A stretch of DNA of 57,540 bases from contig DQXI01000214.1 of assembly GCA_011042305.1 (NCBI GenBank), forward strand, positions 1 through 57,540. The letters are read 5' to 3'. Source of the DNA: Desulfobacteraceae bacterium. Lineage in GTDB: Bacteria; Desulfobacterota; Desulfobacteria; Desulfobacterales; UBA2174. Position numbers and translations under genes: made by a program. Positions within the stretch are counted from its first letter, which is position 1; every line of letters starts with the position of its first letter. The notes beneath the pieces were generated by a model. It was not told the DNA's origin and did no database searches. It saw nothing but the letters and a program-made list of their open reading frames with translations. Below are positions 29,239-38,541 of this stretch, in pieces.

Positions 29239-29861
29239 TGAAAATCCTCGCCGTCTCCGATATCGTCGAACCGATGCTCTACAAGGCGTTCGATGCCCGC
29301 CGCTTTGCCGGCATCGACTTGGTGCTGGCCTGCGGGGACCTGCCGCCCGAGTACCTGCGCTTTCTCGTGGGGGCCTTTTCCGCCCCCCTGTACTACGTCC
29401 GCGGCAACCACGACCTGCGCTACGACACCAGCCCGCCCGCCGGGGGGATTGATCTGCACGGACGGCTGGTCCGTTGGAACGCGCTGCGCCTGCTGGGTCT
29501 TGAAGGCTCGCGCTGGTACAACGGCGGGCCATACCAGTACCGCGAAGCCCAGATGCGCGGCCTCATCCGGCGGCTCAAACCCCATTTCTGGCTGCGCGGG
29601 GCACCGGACATCGTGGTGGCCCACGCGCCGCCGCGCCATGTCGGCGACGCGGAAGACAGCTGTCACCGCGGTTTCGAGGTCTTCGGAGAACTGATCGCCA
29701 AGTACCGGCCGCGATATTTCATCCACGGCCATATTCACCGCCATTTTCAACGAGACGTGGACCGCATGACCGAAGTTCACGCCACACGGGTGATCAACGC
29801 CTATGGGTTCGTGGTCCTGGATTACGAAACTGGGCAGCTGGCTGGGCGGGAAACCGTCTGA
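29238..29861 (+). CDS. metallophosphoesterase
   Basis: MKILAVSDI, ACGDLPPE, RGNHD and HGHIH metal-binding blocks. ATG 29238 overlaps the moaA TGA (TGATG), with an alternative GTG at 29235. Confidence 0.8.
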   Translation: MKILAVSDIVEPMLYKAFDARRFAGIDLVLACGDLPPEYLRFLVGAFSAPLYYVRGNHDLRYDTSPPAGGIDLHGRLVRWNALRLLGLEGSRWYNGGPYQYREAQMRGLIRRLKPHFWLRGAPDIVVAHAPPRHVGDAEDSCHRGFEVFGELIAKYRPRYFIHGHIHRHFQRDVDRMTEVHATRVINAYGFVVLDYETGQLAGRETV

Positions 29862-29877
29862 AAACGGCGAGGATACC

Positions 29878-30903
29878 ATGCGCTGCCTTGACGCCGCCCA
29901 GTTGGACGACGAGGCCTTCGACCCGCGGGATCGGGGCCTGCGCACCGTCCCCCTGGCACGCATCGTGGGTAGCGTGGGCCGCTACCAGGACTTCGACGCC
30001 CGCTTCAGGCTTCGCCCCTCCGAACGGCTGATGCGCATCAAGCAGGCCATGCGCCAGGGAGCCGTCCTGCCGCCGGTGCGCCTCTACCAGGTGCGCGACG
30101 AATACTACGTGCTGGACGGCAACCACCGCATCGCCGCCGCCAGAGAACTGGGCCACGACGACATCCTGGCGCACATTGTCGAGCTGGTCCCTTCCAAGGA
30201 CACCCTGGACAATGTCATCTTCCGCGAGCGGGCCGATTTCGCCGACCAGACCGGTCTTTCGGCCGAGATCCGCCTCACCGAGGTGGGCCAGTACGCGCAC
30301 CTGTTGGCCCAGATCCGCCGCCACCAGCAGTACCTGGCCGCCGGAGAAAAGCCGGACGCGGATTTCAAGACGGCCGCCGAAGACTGGTACCGCACCATCT
30401 ACCGCCCCTTGTGCCGCATCATCCAACAGGCCGGCCTGATGGCGGGCTTTCCCGACCGGCGCATCTCGGACCTGTACGCCTACATCTCCCACTACCTATG
30501 GGAGGAGGGTCGGCCCCGCCAATACGGGCCACACATCGACCAATCGATCCCCAAGGACATGGAGGCCTTTCGAACCATGATCGCCGAACGCCGCAACGCC
30601 GACCAATACCCGGAAATGAAGCGCACCATCACGGCCTTCGTCCTGCTCAACGTCCAGGGCAAGCACGAATTCAAGATCATGGAAAAGCTCTTCGACCTGG
30701 ACGAGGTGGTGGAGATCCACTCGGTTCACGGAGACATCGATTTGCTCGCCAAGATCGTCCTCAGCCGGGACCTGCTGGCCTCCGACGCCGAGGTCATCAG
30801 CCAGTTCGTCACCGAAAAGGTCCGTCTGGTACCGGGGGTCAACAGCACCAAGACCCTGATTCCGGGAAGCTCCAAGGTCAAGCCTGCCCCGGATGAAAAT
30901 TAG
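29878..30903 (+). CDS. ParB-like N-terminal (nuclease/NTPase) domain protein with a C-terminal Lrp/AsnC-type ligand-binding domain
   Basis: VPLARIVGS...YYVLDGNHRIAAAREL is the ParB/Srx core. The last ~80 aa (ITAFVLLNVQGKHEFKIMEKLFDLDEVVEIHSVHGDIDLLAKIV...) look like an AsnC-type RAM domain. Confidence 0.6.
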   Translation: MRCLDAAQLDDEAFDPRDRGLRTVPLARIVGSVGRYQDFDARFRLRPSERLMRIKQAMRQGAVLPPVRLYQVRDEYYVLDGNHRIAAARELGHDDILAHIVELVPSKDTLDNVIFRERADFADQTGLSAEIRLTEVGQYAHLLAQIRRHQQYLAAGEKPDADFKTAAEDWYRTIYRPLCRIIQQAGLMAGFPDRRISDLYAYISHYLWEEGRPRQYGPHIDQSIPKDMEAFRTMIAERRNADQYPEMKRTITAFVLLNVQGKHEFKIMEKLFDLDEVVEIHSVHGDIDLLAKIVLSRDLLASDAEVISQFVTEKVRLVPGVNSTKTLIPGSSKVKPAPDEN

Positions 30904-30923
30904 GCGGTGTCCATCCATAAAAA

Positions 30924-30958
30924 ACGGCGCTTTCCTTTTCTTGCAAGGAAAGCGCCGT
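30924..30958 (-). terminator. rho-independent terminator oriented for the minus strand
   Basis: 14-bp perfect stem ACGGCGCTTTCCTT/AAGGAAAGCGCCGT with a 7-nt loop. On the minus strand the stem is followed by TTTTTAT. On the plus strand there is no U-run. Confidence 0.7.
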
Positions 30959-31371
30959 CAGTAAAATTGGGACCCGGGCCGCCGCCGTGGAGGCTACATT
31001 TACTCTCAGCGGATCAGTGATGCGGCCCGGGTTGGCTCTCGGACCGGTCGCCGAAATGGCGCGTCAGCGGCGGTTCATGGCCAGGTCCACGCCCGGGCGG
31101 TCCGGTTGCTTAGAGCAAGTCGCCTAACAGATCCGAATCCCGGCGTCAAGCATCTTTTTTCAATGCGGATGCATCTGTAAAAAAGCCAAAAATCCCAGTT
31201 CTTATGAAGGCCTCAAGCCTGACCGGGGCGCCAAAACGCCGAAAAATCATCTATCATTCCGAGGCGCTTGCGGCAAGAAAGCGCTACCCATTGAAATCAT
31301 TAGATATATCAATTGTGTAAAGATCCCTCGCTTCGCCCGGGATGACAATTCGGGATTTTTTGCGGGCTCCG

Positions 31372-32676
31372 TCAGCGCATGAGACGCGGCAAGGCGGTGA
31401 CCGCCTCGGGAAAAAGCATCAGGACGGCCAGGCAAGCCAGGTAGGCCGGAATAAAATAAAAAACCCCCCGGAAAACATCCTCCAGCGGCACGTCGGCCGC
31501 CATGCCGCCGACCACGTAAGTCGTGGCGCCTACCGGCGGGGTCACCGCCCCCAGGGTGGTAACCACCGTGATGGTCACGGCGAACCACAGCGGATCGTAG
31601 CCCAGCTCCAGGGCCACCGGAAAGAAAATCGGAATGGTGATCAGCAGCAGGGCCAAGGCGTCCATCACCATCCCGCCCACGGCGAAGATGGCAAAGATGA
31701 TGATCATGATCCCCACCGGCGGCACGGACAGGCCCACCACCCAGTCGGCGATGTCGTAGGGAATCCGCGTGACCGCCAGGAAGCGGCCGAAGATCACCGC
31801 CCCGGCCACGATGGTAATCACCATGCACGAAACCCGCAGGGTTTCTTCCACCGCCGCGCAAAACCCCTTCCAACTCAAACCGCCTCTGACGACCCCGATC
31901 ACCACGGCCAGGAAGCTGCCCGCGGCTCCGGCCTCGGTCGGTGTGAACACGCCAAGGTAGAGCCCGATCATCACCAGCGCAAAGAGCAGCAGCGTCTCGA
32001 AGGCCCCGGACAGGGCGCTGAAGCGTTGGGCAAAGGAAAACCGCGGGCCAGCCGGCCCCCAATCAGGGTGCCTGCGGCAGATCAGGGCCACGGAGAGAAT
32101 CATCATGGTCGCCAGCACCAGTCCGGCGCCGATGCCGCCGTAAAAGAGCTTGGCGATGGACTGCTCGGTGGACAGCCCGATGACGATGAGCACCACACTC
32201 GGCGGAATCACCACCCCCAGGGTCGAACCGCAGGCCACCGTGCCGGTACTCAGCTTGGGATCGTAGCCGAACTTCTTCATTTCGGGCAGCGCCACGGTGG
32301 TCATGGTGGCGGCCGTGGCGGCGTTGGAGCCGCAGATGGCCGAAAAAGCCCCGCAGGCCATCACCGTGGCCATGGCCACCCCGCCGCGGACGTGGCCCAC
32401 CCACCGGTAAGCCGCCTTGTACAGCTTCTCGTTAACCCCGGAATGAAAGGCGATCTGCCCCATGAAGATGAACAGGGGGATGACGGTGAGCCCATACTGG
32501 GAGAAGGTGTCCCAGAGGGCCGCGGCGAACATGTTCAGCGCCGCGGGCACGGAGACGATCAGGGCGAAACCCGCCACCCCCACCAGGGCCATGGCAAAGC
32601 CCACCGGGGTGCCGAGAAAAAAGAGCATCGCCAGGAGCACCGCGATGCCCGCCACGCCGACCAGGGCCAGGTTCAT
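31372..32676 (-). CDS. dctM: TRAP transporter large permease subunit
   Basis: Start at MNLALVGVAGIAVLL (ATG 32674-32676, ATGA overlap with the dctQ stop). It is polytopic and DctM-like throughout. Confidence 0.9.
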   Translation of the reverse strand: MNLALVGVAGIAVLLAMLFFLGTPVGFAMALVGVAGFALIVSVPAALNMFAAALWDTFSQYGLTVIPLFIFMGQIAFHSGVNEKLYKAAYRWVGHVRGGVAMATVMACGAFSAICGSNAATAATMTTVALPEMKKFGYDPKLSTGTVACGSTLGVVIPPSVVLIVIGLSTEQSIAKLFYGGIGAGLVLATMMILSVALICRRHPDWGPAGPRFSFAQRFSALSGAFETLLLFALVMIGLYLGVFTPTEAGAAGSFLAVVIGVVRGGLSWKGFCAAVEETLRVSCMVITIVAGAVIFGRFLAVTRIPYDIADWVVGLSVPPVGIMIIIFAIFAVGGMVMDALALLLITIPIFFPVALELGYDPLWFAVTITVVTTLGAVTPPVGATTYVVGGMAADVPLEDVFRGVFYFIPAYLACLAVLMLFPEAVTALPRLMR

Positions 32677-33167
32677 CGCGGCTTCTCCGTATCCGACGGC
32701 CGCAGGGCCTGCACCAGGTCGGCCAGCAGCACCAAGGCCAGCAGGACACATCCCAGGGCCACGGCCAGAGCGAAGGGGTAGTAGATGATACGCAGGGTTT
32801 CGGTCACCTCCCCGCTGGCGCGCAGCACCAGGGCCTTGCGCATCAGCTGCCAAGCCGCCAGTGAGAAGAACAGCATGCAAGCCAGACCGTTGAACCCCTT
32901 GAGAAAGCGCTGGCGCCTGGAGGAAAGCCGGTTGATGAGCACATCCACCGCCACGTGACCCCGCCGCATCTGGGTGTGGCCCAGGGCTAGGGCCGCCACC
33001 ACGGCCCCGAAATACCCCATCAACTCGTAGGTCCCCGGAACCGGCACCCAGACAATGCGCAGGACGATGTTGGCGCAGGTCAGCAGGCACATGGCCAGCA
33101 GGAAAATGCCTGCAATGACCACCATGACCCGATGAAGGTTTACGTTGATGCGATCGAGCGGATTCAT
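32673..33167 (-). CDS. dctQ: TRAP transporter small permease subunit
   Basis: MNPLDRINVNLHRVMVVIAGIFLL..., ~164 aa with 4 TM-like segments, positioned between dctP and dctM. Confidence 0.85.
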   Translation of the reverse strand: MNPLDRINVNLHRVMVVIAGIFLLAMCLLTCANIVLRIVWVPVPGTYELMGYFGAVVAALALGHTQMRRGHVAVDVLINRLSSRRQRFLKGFNGLACMLFFSLAAWQLMRKALVLRASGEVTETLRIIYYPFALAVALGCVLLALVLLADLVQALRPSDTEKPR

Positions 33168-33172
33168 TCGTC

Positions 33173-34195
33173 TTATTTCCGGTGTTTTTCCACCGCGGCA
33201 CGGATATCGGCCAGAATCTCCTCCGCCGGGAGCCCTTTTGCCTTGGCCTCGGCGATCCACTTGTCCGTCATCGGCTTGAGCCGCTCATCCCAGCGGGCCT
33301 TTTCCGCCGCATCCAGGGAAATCACCTCCACCTCGTAGGTCTCTTTGGACCATTCCACCGACTCCTTCACGTGGTTGTCCATGTACACCCCGGTCCACTC
33401 GCTCTGCTCGGCAATCAGGTCTTCCATCACCTGCTTGACATCCGCCGGCAGGCTGTTCCAGCGATCCATATTCATCACCACGGCAAAGGGATAGATCACG
33501 GTGTCGATGAGGGTCACATAGCGGCAGGTCTCGGCGAACTTGAAGTCCTTGAGCACCTCCAGCGACGAGAGCAGCCCCTTGATCACGCCCTTCTGCAGGG
33601 CCTCGGGGGTGTCGGACATGGGCATACCCACCGGGTTGGCACCCAGCGCCCCGAGGATCTGGGCCGCCGGTCCGCTGCCGCGCAGGCTCAGGCCCTGAAG
33701 GTCTTCCAGGGAACGCACCGGCACCTTGCTCATGATGTTGGACTGGGCCGTGGTGAACAGCGCCAGCACCTTGACCTTGGCGAACTCCTCGGGCTTGTAC
33801 TTGTTGAACAGGTCCAGTAGCACCAGGCTGCCGGTGCGCGCGTCGGGGATTCCCACCGGCAGCCCGGTGGCGTTGGTCACCACGAAGCGCCCCGGCTGGT
33901 AGGCCATGCAGAGGCAACCGATGTCGGCCTGGCCGGCGATCACGCCGTCCATCATCTCCTTGGCCCCCAGCAGGGTGCCGCCGGGAAAGGTGTTCACCGC
34001 CACCTTGCCGGCGGTGCGCTTTTCGACTTCCGTCTTCCAGCGTTCCATCTGCACGCAGGGAAAGGTGGGCGCCGGGGGGAAATTGGCGTAGCTCAGGGTA
34101 ATTTCCGCGGCCGGAACCGCAGGCGCCAACACCGCCGCCAGCCCAATGGCCGTCGCCAGACCGATTGCAACGCGACAACGCATCCAACGTTTCAT
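33173..34195 (-). CDS. dctP: TRAP transporter substrate-binding protein (DctP family)
   Basis: Signal peptide MKRWMRCRVAIGLATAIGLAAVLAPAVPA, 340 aa, in an operon with dctQM. Confidence 0.88.
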   Translation of the reverse strand: MKRWMRCRVAIGLATAIGLAAVLAPAVPAAEITLSYANFPPAPTFPCVQMERWKTEVEKRTAGKVAVNTFPGGTLLGAKEMMDGVIAGQADIGCLCMAYQPGRFVVTNATGLPVGIPDARTGSLVLLDLFNKYKPEEFAKVKVLALFTTAQSNIMSKVPVRSLEDLQGLSLRGSGPAAQILGALGANPVGMPMSDTPEALQKGVIKGLLSSLEVLKDFKFAETCRYVTLIDTVIYPFAVVMNMDRWNSLPADVKQVMEDLIAEQSEWTGVYMDNHVKESVEWSKETYEVEVISLDAAEKARWDERLKPMTDKWIAEAKAKGLPAEEILADIRAAVEKHRK

Positions 34196-34249
34196 GGGTC
34201 ACCTCCCTCCCCGCCAGGGGAACTGTGGCGTCCGGAATCGGTGGGCCGT

Positions 34250-35554
34250 TCAGGCCCCGCCCGGTTCGCCGTTGCGATGATCGAAGACGCGCCGGCTCTT
34301 GCGCTGGGTGCGCGGCAGGCTCCCCGGTTCTACGATTTTCACCTCGCAGCGCACCAGGATCTTGCGCCGCACCGCCGTGGCGATCTGCTCGGCCAGAGCC
34401 GGGTCGCGTTCGGCGGCGGTGGCCGGGGCACGCTCCACCAGGACCCGCATCTTGTCGCGGCCGTTTTCGCGCTGGTTGAGATGGATCTGGAATTCGCTGC
34501 CGATGCCGGCGATTTGTCCCAACAAGTGCTCGATCTGACTTGGGTAGATGTTCACCGCCCGGTAGATGAACATGTCGTCGGTGCGGCCCACGATGCGGCC
34601 GTGGCGCGGAAACGGGTTGCCGCAGGAACACGGTTCATCGATGAGGCGGGTGATATCGTGGGTCCGGTAGCGGATCAGGGGGCTTCCCTGCTTGCGCAGG
34701 GTGGTCACCACCAGCTCTCCCTCGCTGCCGGGGGGCAGCACCTGGAGGGTGTCCGGGTCGATGATCTCGAAGATGAACAGGTCCGCCCAGTAGTGGATCC
34801 CCTGGTGCAGGTGGCAATCCAGCCCGGTGCCGGGCCCGTAGAGCTCGGTGAGGCCGTAGATGTCGTGAATATGCGTCACCCCGAGCAGCTCGCCGATGCG
34901 CTGGCGCATGGCGTCGCTGCAACGCTCGGCCCCCAGGATCACCTTTTTCAGCGCAATCTGGTGGCGCAGCCCGCGCCGCTCCACCTCCTCGGCCATGAGC
35001 AGGGCCATGGAGGCGGTGGCGCAAAAGACGGTGGATTGCATGTCCACCAGCAGCTCGCAGTGCATCTCGGCATTGGCCGGTCCCACCGGTACGGCCAGGG
35101 CGCCGAAGCGCTCGCAACCGGCCTGGAACCCCGCCCCCGCCGTCCACAGGCCGTAGCCCACGGCGATCTGCACCCGATCGGCGCGGGTGAGTCCCGCCAC
35201 TTCGTAGCAGCGGGCAAACATGTTGCGCCAGTCTTCCAGGTCCTGCTCGGTGTAGCAGAGAACCTTGCGCTTTCCCGTGGTCCCCGACGAGGCATGGATG
35301 CGCACCAGGTCTTCGAAGGGCACGCAGCGCAAGGGAAACGGGTACCCTTCCTGGAGGGCCGTGTTGTCCACAAACGGCAGGTGGGCCAGGTCCTGGAGAC
35401 TCCGGATCTCCCGGGCGTCTTCGACGCCGGCGGCGGCCAGCCGCTCCCGGTAGAAGGGTGAGTTGGCCAGCGCATGGCCCACGGTCCAGCGCAACCCGTC
35501 GAGCTGGATCTGCGCCAGCCGCTCCGGGGTCAGGGTGGAATCGATAAAGCTCAT
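34250..35554 (-). CDS. phenylacetate--CoA ligase family protein (PaaK-like adenylate-forming enzyme)
   Basis: LQDLAHLPFVDNTALQEGYPF and IHASSGTTGKRKV (AMP motif), 434 aa. Confidence 0.88.
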   Translation of the reverse strand: MSFIDSTLTPERLAQIQLDGLRWTVGHALANSPFYRERLAAAGVEDAREIRSLQDLAHLPFVDNTALQEGYPFPLRCVPFEDLVRIHASSGTTGKRKVLCYTEQDLEDWRNMFARCYEVAGLTRADRVQIAVGYGLWTAGAGFQAGCERFGALAVPVGPANAEMHCELLVDMQSTVFCATASMALLMAEEVERRGLRHQIALKKVILGAERCSDAMRQRIGELLGVTHIHDIYGLTELYGPGTGLDCHLHQGIHYWADLFIFEIIDPDTLQVLPPGSEGELVVTTLRKQGSPLIRYRTHDITRLIDEPCSCGNPFPRHGRIVGRTDDMFIYRAVNIYPSQIEHLLGQIAGIGSEFQIHLNQRENGRDKMRVLVERAPATAAERDPALAEQIATAVRRKILVRCEVKIVEPGSLPRTQRKSRRVFDHRNGEPGGA

Positions 35555-35829
35555 GTCAACTCCTCAGAATGAATCTCGTCTGTGAATACGCGCAACCACC
35601 TGATAACTTAGCGGAAATTTCAGCCACTCGACATGGACCCCAGGGACCGGGAAGACGAGCCGCTGGAAAACACCGGATACCTCCGGCCTCATTCCATCAT
35701 TCCTGACTCCCGACCAGGCCCGGGCCGACTCGATCCGGAAAATCCATGTTCATCGGAACGATGACAGCGGCAAGCCAAACCACCATCTCCGCCCTGGCCA
35801 GGCCGGCAGCCGACGGCAGCGCTCGAATC

Positions 35830-36378
35830 TCAAATCTCGGCTCTGGCCGCCGCCGCGCCGGCGGCCAGAGCGGCCAGGGATCGCTTCAACGCCGGCTCCC
35901 GCTGCGCCAGGCGCCGCTCGAGCACCTGCTCCACCCCGGCCGGGGAACAAAACAGCAGCGGCTTTCCCGTTTCGCCCAAAGCGGCCAGAACGAAGCCGAG
36001 CACCACGAGGTTGACGGCCCGCGCATCGCCCAGCTCGCAGGCGATGCGGTCGGCGTCCAGGCGCCCGGAGCCATCGGCGTCGCTGTTAACCACCGTCCAG
36101 CCGCCCGGACGCAGAAACGGTCCGTGGGCGGCGATATTCTCCGCCTTGAGGCAGATCAGCCCGTCGGCTTGTCCGGGACGAATCAGCGGGCTGGCGTAAG
36201 GGCCGACCTTCAGATGGCTCACCACGGTGCCACCGCGCTGGGCCATGCCGTGGGTCTCGGAGGTAAACACGGGAAATCCGGCATCGATGGCCGCCTCCGC
36301 CAGCAACCGGGTGACAAAGAGCACGCCCTGTCCCCCGAGGCCGCTGATGACAATCTGTTGGTGAATCGTTTCGTTCAT
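35830..36378 (-). CDS. iorB: indolepyruvate:ferredoxin oxidoreductase subunit beta
   Basis: IVISGLGGQGVLFVTRLL and TSETHGMAQRGGTV blocks. ATGA overlap with the iorA stop. Confidence 0.88.
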   Translation of the reverse strand: MNETIHQQIVISGLGGQGVLFVTRLLAEAAIDAGFPVFTSETHGMAQRGGTVVSHLKVGPYASPLIRPGQADGLICLKAENIAAHGPFLRPGGWTVVNSDADGSGRLDADRIACELGDARAVNLVVLGFVLAALGETGKPLLFCSPAGVEQVLERRLAQREPALKRSLAALAAGAAAARAEI

Positions 36379-38189
36379 CGGTCTTTCGCTTCCTCGATGG
36401 CACCCTTGGGGCAAACCTGGATGCACACGTTGCAGCCGACGCAAAGGATCGGATCGATGTCCACCCGCGTCTTGTCCGCATTCATCACCAGGGCCGGACA
36501 CTCGAAGCGCTCCACGCAGAATCCGCACCCGTCGCAGGCATCAGTGACTGTCGGCGGCGGTCCGGGCGGACGTCCGGTGCGCCGGGCCTCTTCGAGCACG
36601 CACGGATGCCGGGCGATCACCACCGCCGGCCCCGTTTCGCGCGCGTAAGCCAGGGCCTCTTTCACCATTTTGGTAAAAGCCTTCACGTCGTAGGGATCGG
36701 CGATTCGGCAAAAACCGACCCCGCACCCCTTGACCAGGGCCGCGATGTCCACGGCGGCCGTTGTTTCGCCGCACGCCCCGATCCCCGAAGCCGGCGTGGG
36801 CTGATTGCCGGTCATGGCGGTGGTGCGGTTGTCGAGAATCACCAGGACAAAGCGCACCTGCTGCACCACGGCGTCGATGAGGGCCGGCACGCCGGCGTGG
36901 AAGAAGGTCGAATCGCCGATGGTAGCCACCACCGGCGGCGGCTTGGCCGCATGGCGATAGGCCTGGTAGAACCCGGCCGCCTGGCTGATGGCCGCCCCCA
37001 TGCACAGCACGGTGTCCACCGCGCCGAGGTTCAGGCCCAGGGTGTAGCAGCCGATGTCGCTGGTGTAGATCCCCTTGGGCGCCGCCTTGCGGATGGCAAA
37101 GAAGCTGGCCCGGTGGGGGCAGCCCGGGCACAGGGTCGGGCGTCGACCGGGAACGACGGGCAGTTGCGGGACTTCCACGCTGCAGCCGGCAAAGGCGGCG
37201 ATCTGGCTGACGATGGCCTCGGGCAGCAGCTCGCCCACCCGCGGCACGCCGCCGGTCCACTTGCCCCGGGTGCGATGCCGGTCGGCGATCTGCATCTCGA
37301 TGACCCCCACGGTTTCCTCGAGCACGAGGATCTCGTCGTAGTCGGTGATGAGGTGGCCGATGAAATCGGTGTGCAGCGGAAAGGGCTGGCGCACCTGGTA
37401 AAACGGCAGCCCGTCCCACAGTCCCAGGGATTCCAGCGCTTCGCGGGCATGGGCAGCCGCCACCCCCGAGGCCACCACGGCCCGCCGGCCGCCGGCTTTC
37501 GGGTTGTGGCGCACCGGGGCCGTTTCCGGCCAGGCGGCGATCCGGGCCAACTTTTCTTCCAGCTCGCCGTGGAGCTTGAGACGAAACTTGGGCGTGGCGG
37601 CCCAGCGCAACGGATCGCGCTTGAAAGCCGGCTCCCGCCCGGGCAGCACCCCAGCGTCCACGGCCACGTCCTGGCGGCTGTGGCAGACCCGGGTGGTGGG
37701 CCGCAGCATCACCGGTATGCGGAAGGCCTCGGAGAGTTGGTAGGCCATGGCCGTCATGCGCCGGGCCGCCGCGGGAGAGTCCGGGTCCAGGACCGGGATC
37801 TTGGCCATCACGGCCATGAGGCGGCTGTCTTGCTCGGTCTGGGAGGAGTGGGGGCCGGGATCGTCGGCGCTGATAACGACAAATCCGCCCGTTGTCCCCA
37901 TGTAGGCGGCGCTCATCAGCGGATCGCTGGCCACGTTGAGACCCACCTGTTTCATGCTCACCGCGGTGCGCAACCCGGCCTGGGCCCCGGCATAAGCGAT
38001 CTCGAAGGCCACCTTTTCGTTCACCGCCCACTGGACGTGAAGCGGATCGGTGCGCAGGCGGCGCGACTTGGCCACCGCTGCCAGGATTTCCGACGCCGGC
38101 GTGCCCGGGTACCCGGTGGCCAGGCTGACCCCGTTTTCCACCAGGCCCAGGGCCATGGCCTCGTTTCCCATCATCAGTTTGCGTGTCAT
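36375..38189 (-). CDS. iorA: indolepyruvate:ferredoxin oxidoreductase subunit alpha
   Basis: MTRKLMMGNEAMALG start, TPP-binding region (GDSTFFHAG) and a C-terminal 2x[4Fe-4S] (CDGCGFC...CVGCNVCIQVCP). Confidence 0.92.
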   Translation of the reverse strand: MTRKLMMGNEAMALGLVENGVSLATGYPGTPASEILAAVAKSRRLRTDPLHVQWAVNEKVAFEIAYAGAQAGLRTAVSMKQVGLNVASDPLMSAAYMGTTGGFVVISADDPGPHSSQTEQDSRLMAVMAKIPVLDPDSPAAARRMTAMAYQLSEAFRIPVMLRPTTRVCHSRQDVAVDAGVLPGREPAFKRDPLRWAATPKFRLKLHGELEEKLARIAAWPETAPVRHNPKAGGRRAVVASGVAAAHAREALESLGLWDGLPFYQVRQPFPLHTDFIGHLITDYDEILVLEETVGVIEMQIADRHRTRGKWTGGVPRVGELLPEAIVSQIAAFAGCSVEVPQLPVVPGRRPTLCPGCPHRASFFAIRKAAPKGIYTSDIGCYTLGLNLGAVDTVLCMGAAISQAAGFYQAYRHAAKPPPVVATIGDSTFFHAGVPALIDAVVQQVRFVLVILDNRTTAMTGNQPTPASGIGACGETTAAVDIAALVKGCGVGFCRIADPYDVKAFTKMVKEALAYARETGPAVVIARHPCVLEEARRTGRPPGPPPTVTDACDGCGFCVERFECPALVMNADKTRVDIDPILCVGCNVCIQVCPKGAIEEAKDR

Positions 38190-38541
38190 CGTTTTTCCTG
38201 AATTCTTGAGTCTCGAACGCCACCGGCGCCCCTGCAAGGGCGCCGGCGAAAGATTCGACTGCCGCGGCCGCCCGTCGGGACCGGCTGAAGCTGCTCACGG
38301 CATTCTCTTGTAGGTTTATCAGAGGCGGCGAGAAGCTTCAGAGCACCCCCCGCCACCGCCAGCATCGAACCATCATGCTCAATACGCTTTCCAAAAGGGG
38401 ATTCACGTTTCCCACCTGCCATATCCGAGCCGGACAAATTTGTCAAGACAAGTTGACGTATTTTTCCACGCCTTGGCCCCGTTGACATTGCCTCGGCAGA
38501 TAGGGTAGAAAACTCGCAAACCCCATCTCGCGGAGGGTGCG

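Noticed and set aside
30960-31170. The GC-rich structured core tested by eye as tRNA-Sec (selC), tmRNA, SRP RNA, RNase P RNA or 6S RNA.
   Set aside because: There is no U-UCA-A anticodon loop context, no T-loop GTTCGAATC, no SRP domain IV GGAA/AGCA motif, and the length is too short for RNase P. A 6S-like closing stem could not be built. It is kept only as an unclassified RNA candidate.
31372-33201. Long N-terminal extensions in the ORF track that would imply giant or fused proteins: 31372..33201, 21416..23080, 24106..25857, 25251..27134, 44480..45883, 16977.., 6342.., 11566..12414 and 35830..36528.
   Set aside because: In every case the extension overlaps the neighbouring real gene in another frame and is low-complexity. 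An internal ATG, GTG or TTG with a 4-nt overlap or an SD gives a protein of canonical length.
35607-35627. sigma54-like element on the minus strand (TGGCTGAAATTTCCGCT) upstream of the paaK-like gene.
   Set aside because: GG and GC are 11 nt apart instead of the invariant 10, so it is not a credible -24/-12 promoter.
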